Assembly (NCBI GenBank): GCA_033764015.1
Contig: JANRJK010000002.1
Location: 128,001 to 192,000, forward strand
Reading direction: 5' to 3'
Length of the DNA stretch: 64,000 nt
Source of the DNA: Candidatus Sumerlaeia bacterium
GTDB taxonomy: Bacteria > Sumerlaeota > Sumerlaeia > SLMS01 > JANRJK01
Below are positions 48,676-57,054 of the stretch, piece by piece (the first letter of the stretch is position 1; each line of letters opens with the position of its first letter). The position numbers and the translations under genes are program-made. The notes beneath the pieces are model-generated. The model made no database searches and was not told the origin of the DNA. It saw only the letters and a list, made by a program, of their open reading frames with translations.

Positions 48676-50538
48676 ATGCCCGCCGAGGCCCGCCCCCGCC
48701 GCCGACCGCCCCGGTGGCTGACGCGCGAGGGCACCCGCTGGATCCACCTGCCTCTCGTCGCGCCGTTCCTCATCCTCTTCCTCCTCACAGCGTTCCCGCG
48801 GCTGTGGACGCCCTATTGCCTGGAATGGAACGAAGGGCACTCGGCGGAGCAGGCGTGGCGCGTGGTGCTCGGACAGCCGCTTTATCCCGCGCCGGAGTCC
48901 GGCTGGGTTCCGTACATCTACGCGCCGGGCTACCACCTAGCGTTCGGGGCGCTGATGAAGTGGTTCGAACTGCCGCACCTCGGCCTCGGGCGGCTCGTCT
49001 CCCTCGGGGCCTCGCTACTGATGCTCCCCGCGCTCTTCCTCGCGGTCCGGGACCGCACCGCGCGCGTGGCGCCCGCGCTGCTGGCGCCGCTGCTCTACGC
49101 CGCCTTCTACGAAGCGAGCGGCTTCTGGTACGACATCGCGCGGACGGACGCGCTGGCGAACGGCCTCGCGGCGTGGGGGCTGTATCTTACGCTCAAGCGG
49201 CGCCCCACCGCGGTCGACGCGTTCCTCGGACTCCTCTGCCTGGGGCTTTCCGCGCTGACCAAGCAGCCAATGGCCGCGCCCGCCCTGTTCGCGGCCGGCT
49301 GGCTCCTCGCCCGGCACTGGCGGCGCGCGCGCTGGCCCGCGGTCCTCGCCGCGGCGGTCCTCGCCAACGCGGTGCTGCTCTTCGTTTCGGACGGCAACAC
49401 CCACTTCGCGCACTACGCCTTCGGCAACGCGCTGAAGCACGGCAACAACCCGGCGGTCGCCATGCCCGCCAGCCAGCTCCCCGAAACCTTCCGAGCGGAG
49501 CTGCCGCCGGAGGCCGGCTGGCGCGCCGCCCTCTTCCTCTACCTCGAGCAGAGCCTCGACGCGCCGCCGCCGATCTGGTCCGAAGCGTTCCGGCACCAAT
49601 GGCTACTCTGGCTGCTCGCGGGCGCGTGGCTGGCGTTGGCGGCGCATTCTGGGCGCTGGCCGCGCGGCTGGCCCTACGGGCCGGTCGCGCTGCTCCTCCT
49701 CTGGGGGAGCGTTTCGGGGTACCTCAAGGTGGGCGGCTACGTGAACAACTTCATGGGTGCGTACCTCGGGCTCGCGCTGCTGGTTCCCTTCGCGGTCGAG
49801 GGTGTCCACCGCGCCTTCAAGGGCTGGGCGCAAGGGCTCGCCGACGGCGTGGTGGCGGGACTCGTCGCGGCGCAGATCTTCCAGCCGTGGAACGTGCCCT
49901 CGCTGGAGGACGCGGCGGCGCGGTTCCGCGTGCTCGAGTCGGAGCCCGACGCGGCGCGCCGCGAAGTGCTGGCGCGTTCCTTCCGCGCCCGCGGGGCGAG
50001 CTACTACGTGACCGGCGGATGGCTTGTGGCGCTCGAGGTGAAGGCGCGCCAGCTCGCCCTCGGGGGACTCTTCCACCTGCCCGGAGACCAGCGCCCGCCA
50101 GCCCCCTCGGACGCCGCCTGGGAGAGGATGCAATCGTGGCTGCGCGAGCGGCGCCGCCTCGGCGAGCGCGTCTGGGTCGCACACCAGCAGTGGTACGCCC
50201 TCCTCGCCGGACATGAGCCCTCCTACAACATCGACATGGCGCGTTGCGCCGAGTACGCGGGCCAGCCGCCCCCCGCCGCACTCGAGGAAGCGGTTCGCCG
50301 CCAGAGCTTCGATTGGATCGTGCTCGACATGATGGACCTCGAGTTCGAGTGGCTGCCGAGCGGCTTGAAGCAGGTGATCGCGGAGGGGTACGAGTTCCAC
50401 TCCTTCCTGCCCTTCTACGGCGAGCCGCCGGATGGCCGGGCGATGATGCCGCTCACCGGGGCGGCGGTGCGCCCGGTCGCGCTGTACCGCTCGCGGGCGT
50501 TCCCTCTTCGGGCAATCAACCCATGGAAAATCGAATAA
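48676..50538 (+). CDS. Polytopic membrane protein, putative GT-C (PMT/ArnT-like) glycosyltransferase
   Basis: EWNEG, LYP, YAPGY, ARTDALA, TKQ; multiple TM segments. Confidence 0.65.
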   Translation: MPAEARPRRRPPRWLTREGTRWIHLPLVAPFLILFLLTAFPRLWTPYCLEWNEGHSAEQAWRVVLGQPLYPAPESGWVPYIYAPGYHLAFGALMKWFELPHLGLGRLVSLGASLLMLPALFLAVRDRTARVAPALLAPLLYAAFYEASGFWYDIARTDALANGLAAWGLYLTLKRRPTAVDAFLGLLCLGLSALTKQPMAAPALFAAGWLLARHWRRARWPAVLAAAVLANAVLLFVSDGNTHFAHYAFGNALKHGNNPAVAMPASQLPETFRAELPPEAGWRAALFLYLEQSLDAPPPIWSEAFRHQWLLWLLAGAWLALAAHSGRWPRGWPYGPVALLLLWGSVSGYLKVGGYVNNFMGAYLGLALLVPFAVEGVHRAFKGWAQGLADGVVAGLVAAQIFQPWNVPSLEDAAARFRVLESEPDAARREVLARSFRARGASYYVTGGWLVALEVKARQLALGGLFHLPGDQRPPAPSDAAWERMQSWLRERRRLGERVWVAHQQWYALLAGHEPSYNIDMARCAEYAGQPPPAALEEAVRRQSFDWIVLDMMDLEFEWLPSGLKQVIAEGYEFHSFLPFYGEPPDGRAMMPLTGAAVRPVALYRSRAFPLRAINPWKIE

Positions 50539-50619
50539 CTCGCTGAAAAAGAATCTCGCCCCGCACCGGAGCCCCGGGCTTTTATCCAGTCCTACACGAT
50601 CCCAGCCGGACTTCCACCC

Positions 50620-51849
50620 ATGCGCAACGTCATCTACGTCGTTCCCGTCCCGGGGGAGAATTCGCTCCTCTTCGCGGACGCCTTCCGCCGCCTCGACCGC
50701 GTGCGGCTCCTCGCCATCGTCCAGCGCCGCCCGAACGGCCCGCCGCCCGAGGTGCTAGAGCGCTTCGAACACATCGTGCAGGTGGACGACTGCTTCAGCA
50801 TCGAGCAGTTGGCCGCCGTGGTCCGCGGCTACGAGGAGCGCTACGGCAAGACGCACCGGATCGTGAGCGCGCTGGAGGAGTTGCAGCCGACGCTCGCCCG
50901 CGTCCGCGCCATGTGCCACATCGAGGGCATGATGCCGGACGCCGTGGACCGGTTCACGAACAAGGCGACGATGAAGCAGGCGCTCCGCGACGCCGGGATC
51001 GCGGTCGCGAAGTCGACCCTCGCGCCCGACTACGCCGCGGCCCGCGCTTTCGTCGACGGCCTGCTCAAGTACCCCGTCGTGGTGAAGCCCCCCGTCGGCG
51101 CGGGCACGCGCAACACGCACCTTTGCTCGAACGACGACGAACTCCGCGCGGCCATGGCCTCCGTCTCGCCGTCGACCGACTCGCCCGCGCAGATCGAGGA
51201 GTTCGTCGAGGGCGAGGAGTTCTCCTTCGACACGATCACCATCGACGGCAAGGTGCGCTTCACCTCCGTGACGCAGTACTTCCCGAATCCGCTCGAAGTG
51301 GTCCGCAACCCCTGGATCCAGTACAGCATCGTCATGCCCCGCGACACGGAGGCCGCCGAGTTCGCGGACATCCGCGCCATGGGCACCAAGGCGGTCGAGT
51401 CGCTCGGCATGGGCAGCGGCTTCACCCACATGGAGTGGTTCCGCCGCAAGGACGGCAGCGTCGTCATCAGCGAGGTCGCGGCCCGTCCCCCGGGCGTGCA
51501 GATCGTTCCGATGCTGAGCTACGCCCACGACGTCGACTTCCGCCGCGTCTGGACGCGCGCGGTGGTGGACAACGCGTACGACGGCCCCTGGGACCGCAAG
51601 TACGCCTGCGGCGTGGTGTTCCTCCGCGGCGTCGGCTCGGGATGGGTGTCCCGCGTCGATGGGCTCGACGAGATCAGCATGCGCCTCGGCAAGTACGTCG
51701 TCGACGCCCGCTTCCCGCAGGTCGGCGTGCCGAAGTCCTCGCATTACGAGGGCGAGGGCTACGTGGTGCTGCGCGCCCAGAACACCGAAACGATCCGCGA
51801 CTCGCTCCGCTTCATCCTGGACACGCTCCGCGTTTCGTACACGAACTGA
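50620..51849 (+). CDS. ATP-grasp domain protein
   Basis: NKATMK, PVVVKPPVGAG, IEEFVEGEEFS, HMEWF, EVAARPPG. Confidence 0.88.
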   Translation: MRNVIYVVPVPGENSLLFADAFRRLDRVRLLAIVQRRPNGPPPEVLERFEHIVQVDDCFSIEQLAAVVRGYEERYGKTHRIVSALEELQPTLARVRAMCHIEGMMPDAVDRFTNKATMKQALRDAGIAVAKSTLAPDYAAARAFVDGLLKYPVVVKPPVGAGTRNTHLCSNDDELRAAMASVSPSTDSPAQIEEFVEGEEFSFDTITIDGKVRFTSVTQYFPNPLEVVRNPWIQYSIVMPRDTEAAEFADIRAMGTKAVESLGMGSGFTHMEWFRRKDGSVVISEVAARPPGVQIVPMLSYAHDVDFRRVWTRAVVDNAYDGPWDRKYACGVVFLRGVGSGWVSRVDGLDEISMRLGKYVVDARFPQVGVPKSSHYEGEGYVVLRAQNTETIRDSLRFILDTLRVSYTN

Positions 51850-51870
51850 GCGGATCCGACCGGAGCAGTC

Positions 51871-53193
51871 ATGAACGTCTCGAAGTCCTCCCCCAAGGTC
51901 GATCCCACGACCGACCCGAAGCTCCGCGCGTTCTTCCACGTCGCGGAGGATTCCCCGTTCTCCGTCCAGAACCTGCCGTATGGCGTCTTCCGCAAGAAGG
52001 AGGACACGTTGCGCACGGCGCGCATCGGCGTCGCCATCGGCGACAAGGTGCTCGACCTCGCGGCGCTGGACGCCTTCGGCCAGTTCACCGGGCCGAACCT
52101 GAAGGGTAAGAAGGTGTTCTCGGCCCAGTCGCTGAACGCCTTCATCGCCATGGGACGCCCCGCCTGGCGCGAGGCGCGCCTTACGATCAGCGCGCTCCTC
52201 ACCTCGCCCGACAGCGAGCTGCGCAACGACACGTTCCTCCAACAGCGCGCGCTGATCGACATGACCGCGTGCGAGATGATGCTCCCGGTCGAGGTCGGCG
52301 ACTACACCGACTTCTACGCCTCCCGCCACCACGCGACCAACGTCGGCACTATGCTCCGCGGCGCGGAGAACGCGCTGAACCCGAACTGGCTGCACCTGCC
52401 CGTGGGCTATCACGGGCGGTCCAGCTCCGTCGTCCTGTCGGGGGCCGACATCGTCCGCCCCTGCGGCCAGATCGTTCCGCCCGGCAGCGAGACGCCGATC
52501 TTCGCACCGAGCCGCTCGCTCGACTACGAACTCGAGGTCGGCATCGTGGTCGGCCCCGGCAACGCCCTCGGCGAGCCGGTTCCCGTGGAGCGCGCCGTGG
52601 GGCAGGTCTTCGGAATGGTGCTGCTCAACGACTGGTCGGCCCGCGACATCCAGAAGTGGGAGTACCAGCCGCTCGGGCCCTTCCTGGGGAAGAACTTCGC
52701 GACGACCATCTCCCCCTGGGTGGTGCCGATCGACGCGCTGATCCCCTTCTGCTGCGCGGGGCCGGAGCAGGATCCGGAGCCGCTTCCGTACCTGCAGACC
52801 CGCGGCAAGGCGTCGTTCGACATCCACCTCGAAGCGCACCTCTACCCGCACGACGGCAGCGACGCGCTGCTCGCCTGCGCGACGAACTACAACCACCTAT
52901 ACTGGAACGTCGCGCAGATGATCGCGCACCACACGTCGAACGGCTGCAACCTGCGCGCCGGCGACCTGCTCGGGACCGGCACCGTCAGCGGCCCCGAAAA
53001 GGAATCGCGCGGCTGCCTCCTCGAGCGCACTTGGAAGGGCGAGGAGCCGCTCGAACTCTCCAGCGGCGCCAAGCGCACCTACCTTGAGGACGGCGACCTG
53101 CTCACGCTCACCGGCTGGTGCCAGGGCGAGGGCTACCGCGTCGGCTTCGGCGAGTGCGCGGGCCGCATCCTTCCCGCTAGAATATCGCACTGA
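51871..53193 (+). CDS. fahA: Fumarylacetoacetase
   Basis: QNLPYGVF, GDYTDFYAS..HATNVG, GYHGRSSS, NDWSARDIQKWEYQPLGPFLGKNF. Confidence 0.95.
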   Translation: MNVSKSSPKVDPTTDPKLRAFFHVAEDSPFSVQNLPYGVFRKKEDTLRTARIGVAIGDKVLDLAALDAFGQFTGPNLKGKKVFSAQSLNAFIAMGRPAWREARLTISALLTSPDSELRNDTFLQQRALIDMTACEMMLPVEVGDYTDFYASRHHATNVGTMLRGAENALNPNWLHLPVGYHGRSSSVVLSGADIVRPCGQIVPPGSETPIFAPSRSLDYELEVGIVVGPGNALGEPVPVERAVGQVFGMVLLNDWSARDIQKWEYQPLGPFLGKNFATTISPWVVPIDALIPFCCAGPEQDPEPLPYLQTRGKASFDIHLEAHLYPHDGSDALLACATNYNHLYWNVAQMIAHHTSNGCNLRAGDLLGTGTVSGPEKESRGCLLERTWKGEEPLELSSGAKRTYLEDGDLLTLTGWCQGEGYRVGFGECAGRILPARISH

Positions 53194-53250
53194 TCCGGCT
53201 GTAACCGAAGAACCGGCCACCGCCGCGAATCCCCTCCCGAGGACTGGAAG

Positions 53251-54045
53251 ATGCTCGCCCTGCTGGCGGACGCCGCCCCCATCGCCGCGCAAGCCGCCGA
53301 GGCGGCGCTGCTCAGCAAGGAAAGCCTGATCGCCTTCCTGACGCTCGCCGCCCTCGAGATCGTGCTCGGGATCGACAACATCGTCGTGATCGCCATCGTC
53401 ACCAGCCGCCTGCCCATCGAACAGCAGGCCCGGGCGCGCAACCTCGGCCTCGGCGGCGCGATGTTCATGCGCGTCGGGCTCCTCTTTGCCATCTCCTGGG
53501 TGATGGGGCTCACGGCGACGATCTTCACCGCGTTCGGCGAAGCGATTTCCGGGCGCGACCTGATCCTGCTGATCGGCGGCCTCTTCCTGATGGCCAAGGC
53601 GACGCACGAGATCCACCAGAAGATGGAGGTCGAGCCGCACGGCGGGGGCGGGGCGAAGATCGCCGCCAGCTTCGGCAAGGCCATCGCAACGATCCTGGCG
53701 CTCGACCTGGTGTTCTCGCTCGATTCCGTGATCACCGCGGTCGGCATGGCGAAGCATATCGAGATCATGATCGCCGCCGTCGTCGCGTCGGTGCTCGTGA
53801 TGATGGCGTTCTCGGGCCACATCAGCGGGTTCATCGAACGGCATCCGACGATCAAGGTGCTGGCGCTTTCGTTCCTGCTGCTGATCGGCGTGGTGCTGAC
53901 CGCGGAGGCGTTCGAGGTGCACCTCGACAAGAAGTACATCTACTTCGCGATGGGCTTCTCGCTGCTGGTCGAGCTGGTGAACCTGCGCGTGATGAAGGTG
54001 CACCTGCCCGGGGCGCACCCGCCGGTCACTCCGCCCGCCGCCTGA
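53251..54045 (+). CDS. TerC-family membrane protein
   Basis: LEIVLGIDN, DLVFSLDSVITAVG, YIYFAMGFS. Confidence 0.92.
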   Translation: MLALLADAAPIAAQAAEAALLSKESLIAFLTLAALEIVLGIDNIVVIAIVTSRLPIEQQARARNLGLGGAMFMRVGLLFAISWVMGLTATIFTAFGEAISGRDLILLIGGLFLMAKATHEIHQKMEVEPHGGGGAKIAASFGKAIATILALDLVFSLDSVITAVGMAKHIEIMIAAVVASVLVMMAFSGHISGFIERHPTIKVLALSFLLLIGVVLTAEAFEVHLDKKYIYFAMGFSLLVELVNLRVMKVHLPGAHPPVTPPAA

Positions 54046-55492
54046 GCCGCGCCACCACGAAGCCGTCGCACCCGTGCGGGTGCGGCGCGGTGCGCCAGAC
54101 GCCGGGCGCGATACGCAGCGGCTCCGCGTCGAAGGGCAGTCCCTCCGGCGCGGGGGCCGGGGCGAACTCGCCGTGCCGCGCGAGGAACCGCCGCACTTGG
54201 TGCGCGCCCTCGATCCGCGTGAACGTGCAGACGCAGTAGAGCAGCACACCGCCCGGCGCGACCCGCGGCGCCCAGCGGTCGAGTATCTCCGCCTGCGCCG
54301 CCGCCAGCCGGGTCACATCCGCGTGCGACCGGCGCCACCGGATCTCCGGATGCCGGCGGAGCGTGCCCAGGCCGCTGCACGGGGCGTCGATGACCACCAG
54401 GTCGAAGCCCCGCTCCGGCAAGGCGCCGTGCGCCTCGTCCGCGAGCCGCAACCGCACCGCGTCCTCGCAGCGCAGCCGCCGAAGGGTGCCGCGCATGCGC
54501 TCCAGCTTCTCCTCGGAGACGTCGAGCGCGGTCAGTTCCCCCCGCGCCTCCATCGCATCCCACAGCGCGGCGGTCTTCCCGCCGGGCGAAGCGCACACGT
54601 CCAGCACCCGCATCCCCGGACGCGCGCCCGCAAGCGCCGCGGCGACCTGCGCGCCCTCGTCCATCACCGTGAGCCGCCCCGACTTGAACAGCGGGAGGCG
54701 GTCCGGCGCGATGCCGGGCCCCGCGACGCGCAGGCACTGGGGAAGGAAGCTTCCCGCCTCGATCTGAACCGGCGAGTGGGTCAGGTAAGCGACCTCGCCT
54801 TCGAGGCGCTCTCGAAGGTGCGCCAGATCGTCGTTCCCGGTCCCGGGCCGGAGCCTAAGGTGGAGCGGCGCGGGCGCGTTGACCGCCGCGAACAGCTCTG
54901 GAAGCGATTCGCGCGGGAAGCACTGGCCCGCCTCCGATGCAATCCAGTCCGGCACCGAATGGCGCAACGGCCACGGCGCGTCGGCGCCGGGTGCGAGCGC
55001 CTCCCGCGGAGCGGACGAGGTCTTCCGCAGGATCGCGTTCACCAGCCCGCGGTAGGTCTGCTCCGTGCGATACTCGGAGACCAGGCGCACACTGTCATCG
55101 ACGATCGCGTGGCTCGGGAGGCGTTCGAGGAACGCCGACTGGTAGATGCCCATGAGGAGGATTTCGTGGACCGCGACGGCCGCCCCCGGGAGTGGCCGTT
55201 CGAGATAGCGCTCGAGCACCAACTCCAGCCAGCGGCGGTGCCGCGTGGTCCCGGCGGCGAGTTCCCTCGCGAGGCCCAGGTCGGCGGGGGAGAGCGGGTA
55301 GCGCGCGGAGTAGGCATCGAGCGCGTCCTCGAGCCCCGGTCCCTTCGGCTTGCGCAGCGCGACGAGGGCGGACAGCGCCGCGGATCGGGCCGCGGACGCG
55401 GGGCGCTCCGCGGAAGCGATGATCTTGCGCGACGCCAAGCGGCGACCGGACTGCGTCTTCGCGCTGGCTTGGCGCTTCGGGCGCTCCGGCAT
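54026..55492 (-). CDS. rsmB: 16S rRNA m5C methyltransferase RsmB (NusB-like domain + SAM domain)
   Basis: GLVNAILR, VLDVCASPGGK, DAPCSGLG.LRRHPE, YCVCT. Confidence 0.9.
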   Translation of the reverse strand: MPERPKRQASAKTQSGRRLASRKIIASAERPASAARSAALSALVALRKPKGPGLEDALDAYSARYPLSPADLGLARELAAGTTRHRRWLELVLERYLERPLPGAAVAVHEILLMGIYQSAFLERLPSHAIVDDSVRLVSEYRTEQTYRGLVNAILRKTSSAPREALAPGADAPWPLRHSVPDWIASEAGQCFPRESLPELFAAVNAPAPLHLRLRPGTGNDDLAHLRERLEGEVAYLTHSPVQIEAGSFLPQCLRVAGPGIAPDRLPLFKSGRLTVMDEGAQVAAALAGARPGMRVLDVCASPGGKTAALWDAMEARGELTALDVSEEKLERMRGTLRRLRCEDAVRLRLADEAHGALPERGFDLVVIDAPCSGLGTLRRHPEIRWRRSHADVTRLAAAQAEILDRWAPRVAPGGVLLYCVCTFTRIEGAHQVRRFLARHGEFAPAPAPEGLPFDAEPLRIAPGVWRTAPHPHGCDGFVVARLRRRAE

Positions 55493-55505
55493 CGGCGGCC
55501 TCGCT

Positions 55506-56306
55506 TCAGGTGGTGGTGGACGGGTCCCGGACCGCGTCCGGGGCCGAGTCCTTGAACAGCGACCGCGCGAACAGCAAGATGGAAATGCCGAGATAAAGCA
55601 CGGACGAGCCGAGCAGCAGCGCCGGCAGGTGCGGCCACAGGATCCCGACCAGTGCCACCGCGAACACCATCACCACCAGCGCGTTCGGGTTGCGCTGCTG
55701 CTTGGCCATCACGTTCGCGGCCTTCGGGAAGGGGATCGTGCTCACCATAAGCCCGGACAAGCCGATCATCAGCAGCAGGATCACCCGGTGCAGCATCTTC
55801 GTTTCCGCCATGTAGGTCTCGACGAAGAGGAAGGCCGAGACCACCACCAGCGCTGCGCCGGGAATCGGCAGTCCCGTGAACATCTTCCGCTCCTCGCGCG
55901 CCACTTGGATGTTGAAGCGCGCCAGTCGGATCGCCCCGCAGATGACGAACAGGCCGCAGGCGCCCAGCGCGAGGTTCGGGGCCCATCGGTGCAGCTCCGC
56001 GGAGGCGCCGATGGCGTTCAGCTTCTGAAGCATCAGGAAGGCGGGCGCGACGCCGAACGCGACGAGGTCGGCGAGGGAGTCGTACTCCTGGCCGAAACTG
56101 CTCGCCGAGCGCGTGATCCGCGCCACCGGTCCGTCCAGCGCGTCGAAAACCCCCGAGGCGATGATGAGGTAGCAAGCCTGCGTGTAGTCCCCCCCCGCCG
56201 CGCGCACGATCGCCAGCAGGCCGCAGAACAGGCTCGCGCTCGTGAAGAGGTTCGGCAGCAGGTACACCATGCGCCGCCGCCGCTCGAGCCGCAGGGGAAG
56301 CTTCAC
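55506..56306 (-). CDS. pssA: CDP-diacylglycerol--serine O-phosphatidyltransferase
   Basis: LPNLFT, DALDGPVAR, DSLADLVAFGVAPA, RLARFN, FTGLPIP; adjacent to psd. Confidence 0.92.
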   Translation of the reverse strand: MKLPLRLERRRRMVYLLPNLFTSASLFCGLLAIVRAAGGDYTQACYLIIASGVFDALDGPVARITRSASSFGQEYDSLADLVAFGVAPAFLMLQKLNAIGASAELHRWAPNLALGACGLFVICGAIRLARFNIQVAREERKMFTGLPIPGAALVVVSAFLFVETYMAETKMLHRVILLLMIGLSGLMVSTIPFPKAANVMAKQQRNPNALVVMVFAVALVGILWPHLPALLLGSSVLYLGISILLFARSLFKDSAPDAVRDPSTTT

Positions 56307-56310
56307 CGGA

Positions 56311-56976
56311 CTATCCCGCCAGCCGCGCCATCGGTGTCTCGCCGCCGACGACCATCTGCCCCGGCTTCACCAGCACCTCGGAACCCGGCGGGAGGAAGAG
56401 CTCGACGCGCGAGCCGAACTGGATCCACCCGTAGCGCTCGCCGCGCGCCAAGTCGTCGCCCTCCTTCACGAAGCACACGATGCGCCGCGCGATCGCCCCG
56501 GTGATCTGGCGGATGCCGACGGTCTTGCCCGCCGCGTCCAGCCAGATCGTCAGGTTCTCGTTATCCTCGGAGCACTTCTCGTTCAGCGCGTTGAGGAACA
56601 GGCCGGGTTTGTGGACGATCTTCGCCACGCGCCCCGCGCAGGAGGTGCGCTGCACGTGCACATTGAACACGTTCAGGAACACGGCGACGCGGAGCGCGGT
56701 GCCCCCCGGCATCTCGGCGGCGGGCACCTCGAGCACCGACACGACCTTGCCGTCCCCGGGCGAGCAGAGGATCGCGGGGTCCGCGGGGAGCTCGCGGTCC
56801 GGATCGCGGAAAAAATTGAGGCAGAACAGGATGAGCGGAACCGTCGCCGCGAGGGCGTAGGGCGTCCAGAGCGCCGCCAACAGGGCGGAAAGGATCGCGA
56901 GGGGGATGATGAACTTCCACGCCTGCGCGACGATGCCGAGCGGCGACTTGGGGAAACGGGGCGACTGCGAAGCCAA
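56311..56976 (-). CDS. psd: Phosphatidylserine decarboxylase (short form)
   Basis: FFRDP, SPGDG, FNVHV, ARRIV, FGSRVE self-cleavage motif. Confidence 0.92.
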   Translation of the reverse strand: MASQSPRFPKSPLGIVAQAWKFIIPLAILSALLAALWTPYALAATVPLILFCLNFFRDPDRELPADPAILCSPGDGKVVSVLEVPAAEMPGGTALRVAVFLNVFNVHVQRTSCAGRVAKIVHKPGLFLNALNEKCSEDNENLTIWLDAAGKTVGIRQITGAIARRIVCFVKEGDDLARGERYGWIQFGSRVELFLPPGSEVLVKPGQMVVGGETPMARLAG

Positions 56977-57054
56977 CGGGCGGCTCTCCTGCCGTGGGAA
57001 TCTCGACGTGTTTTCCGCCCGCCACCGCCGACGAGCAAGGCAAGACGCCCCCCG

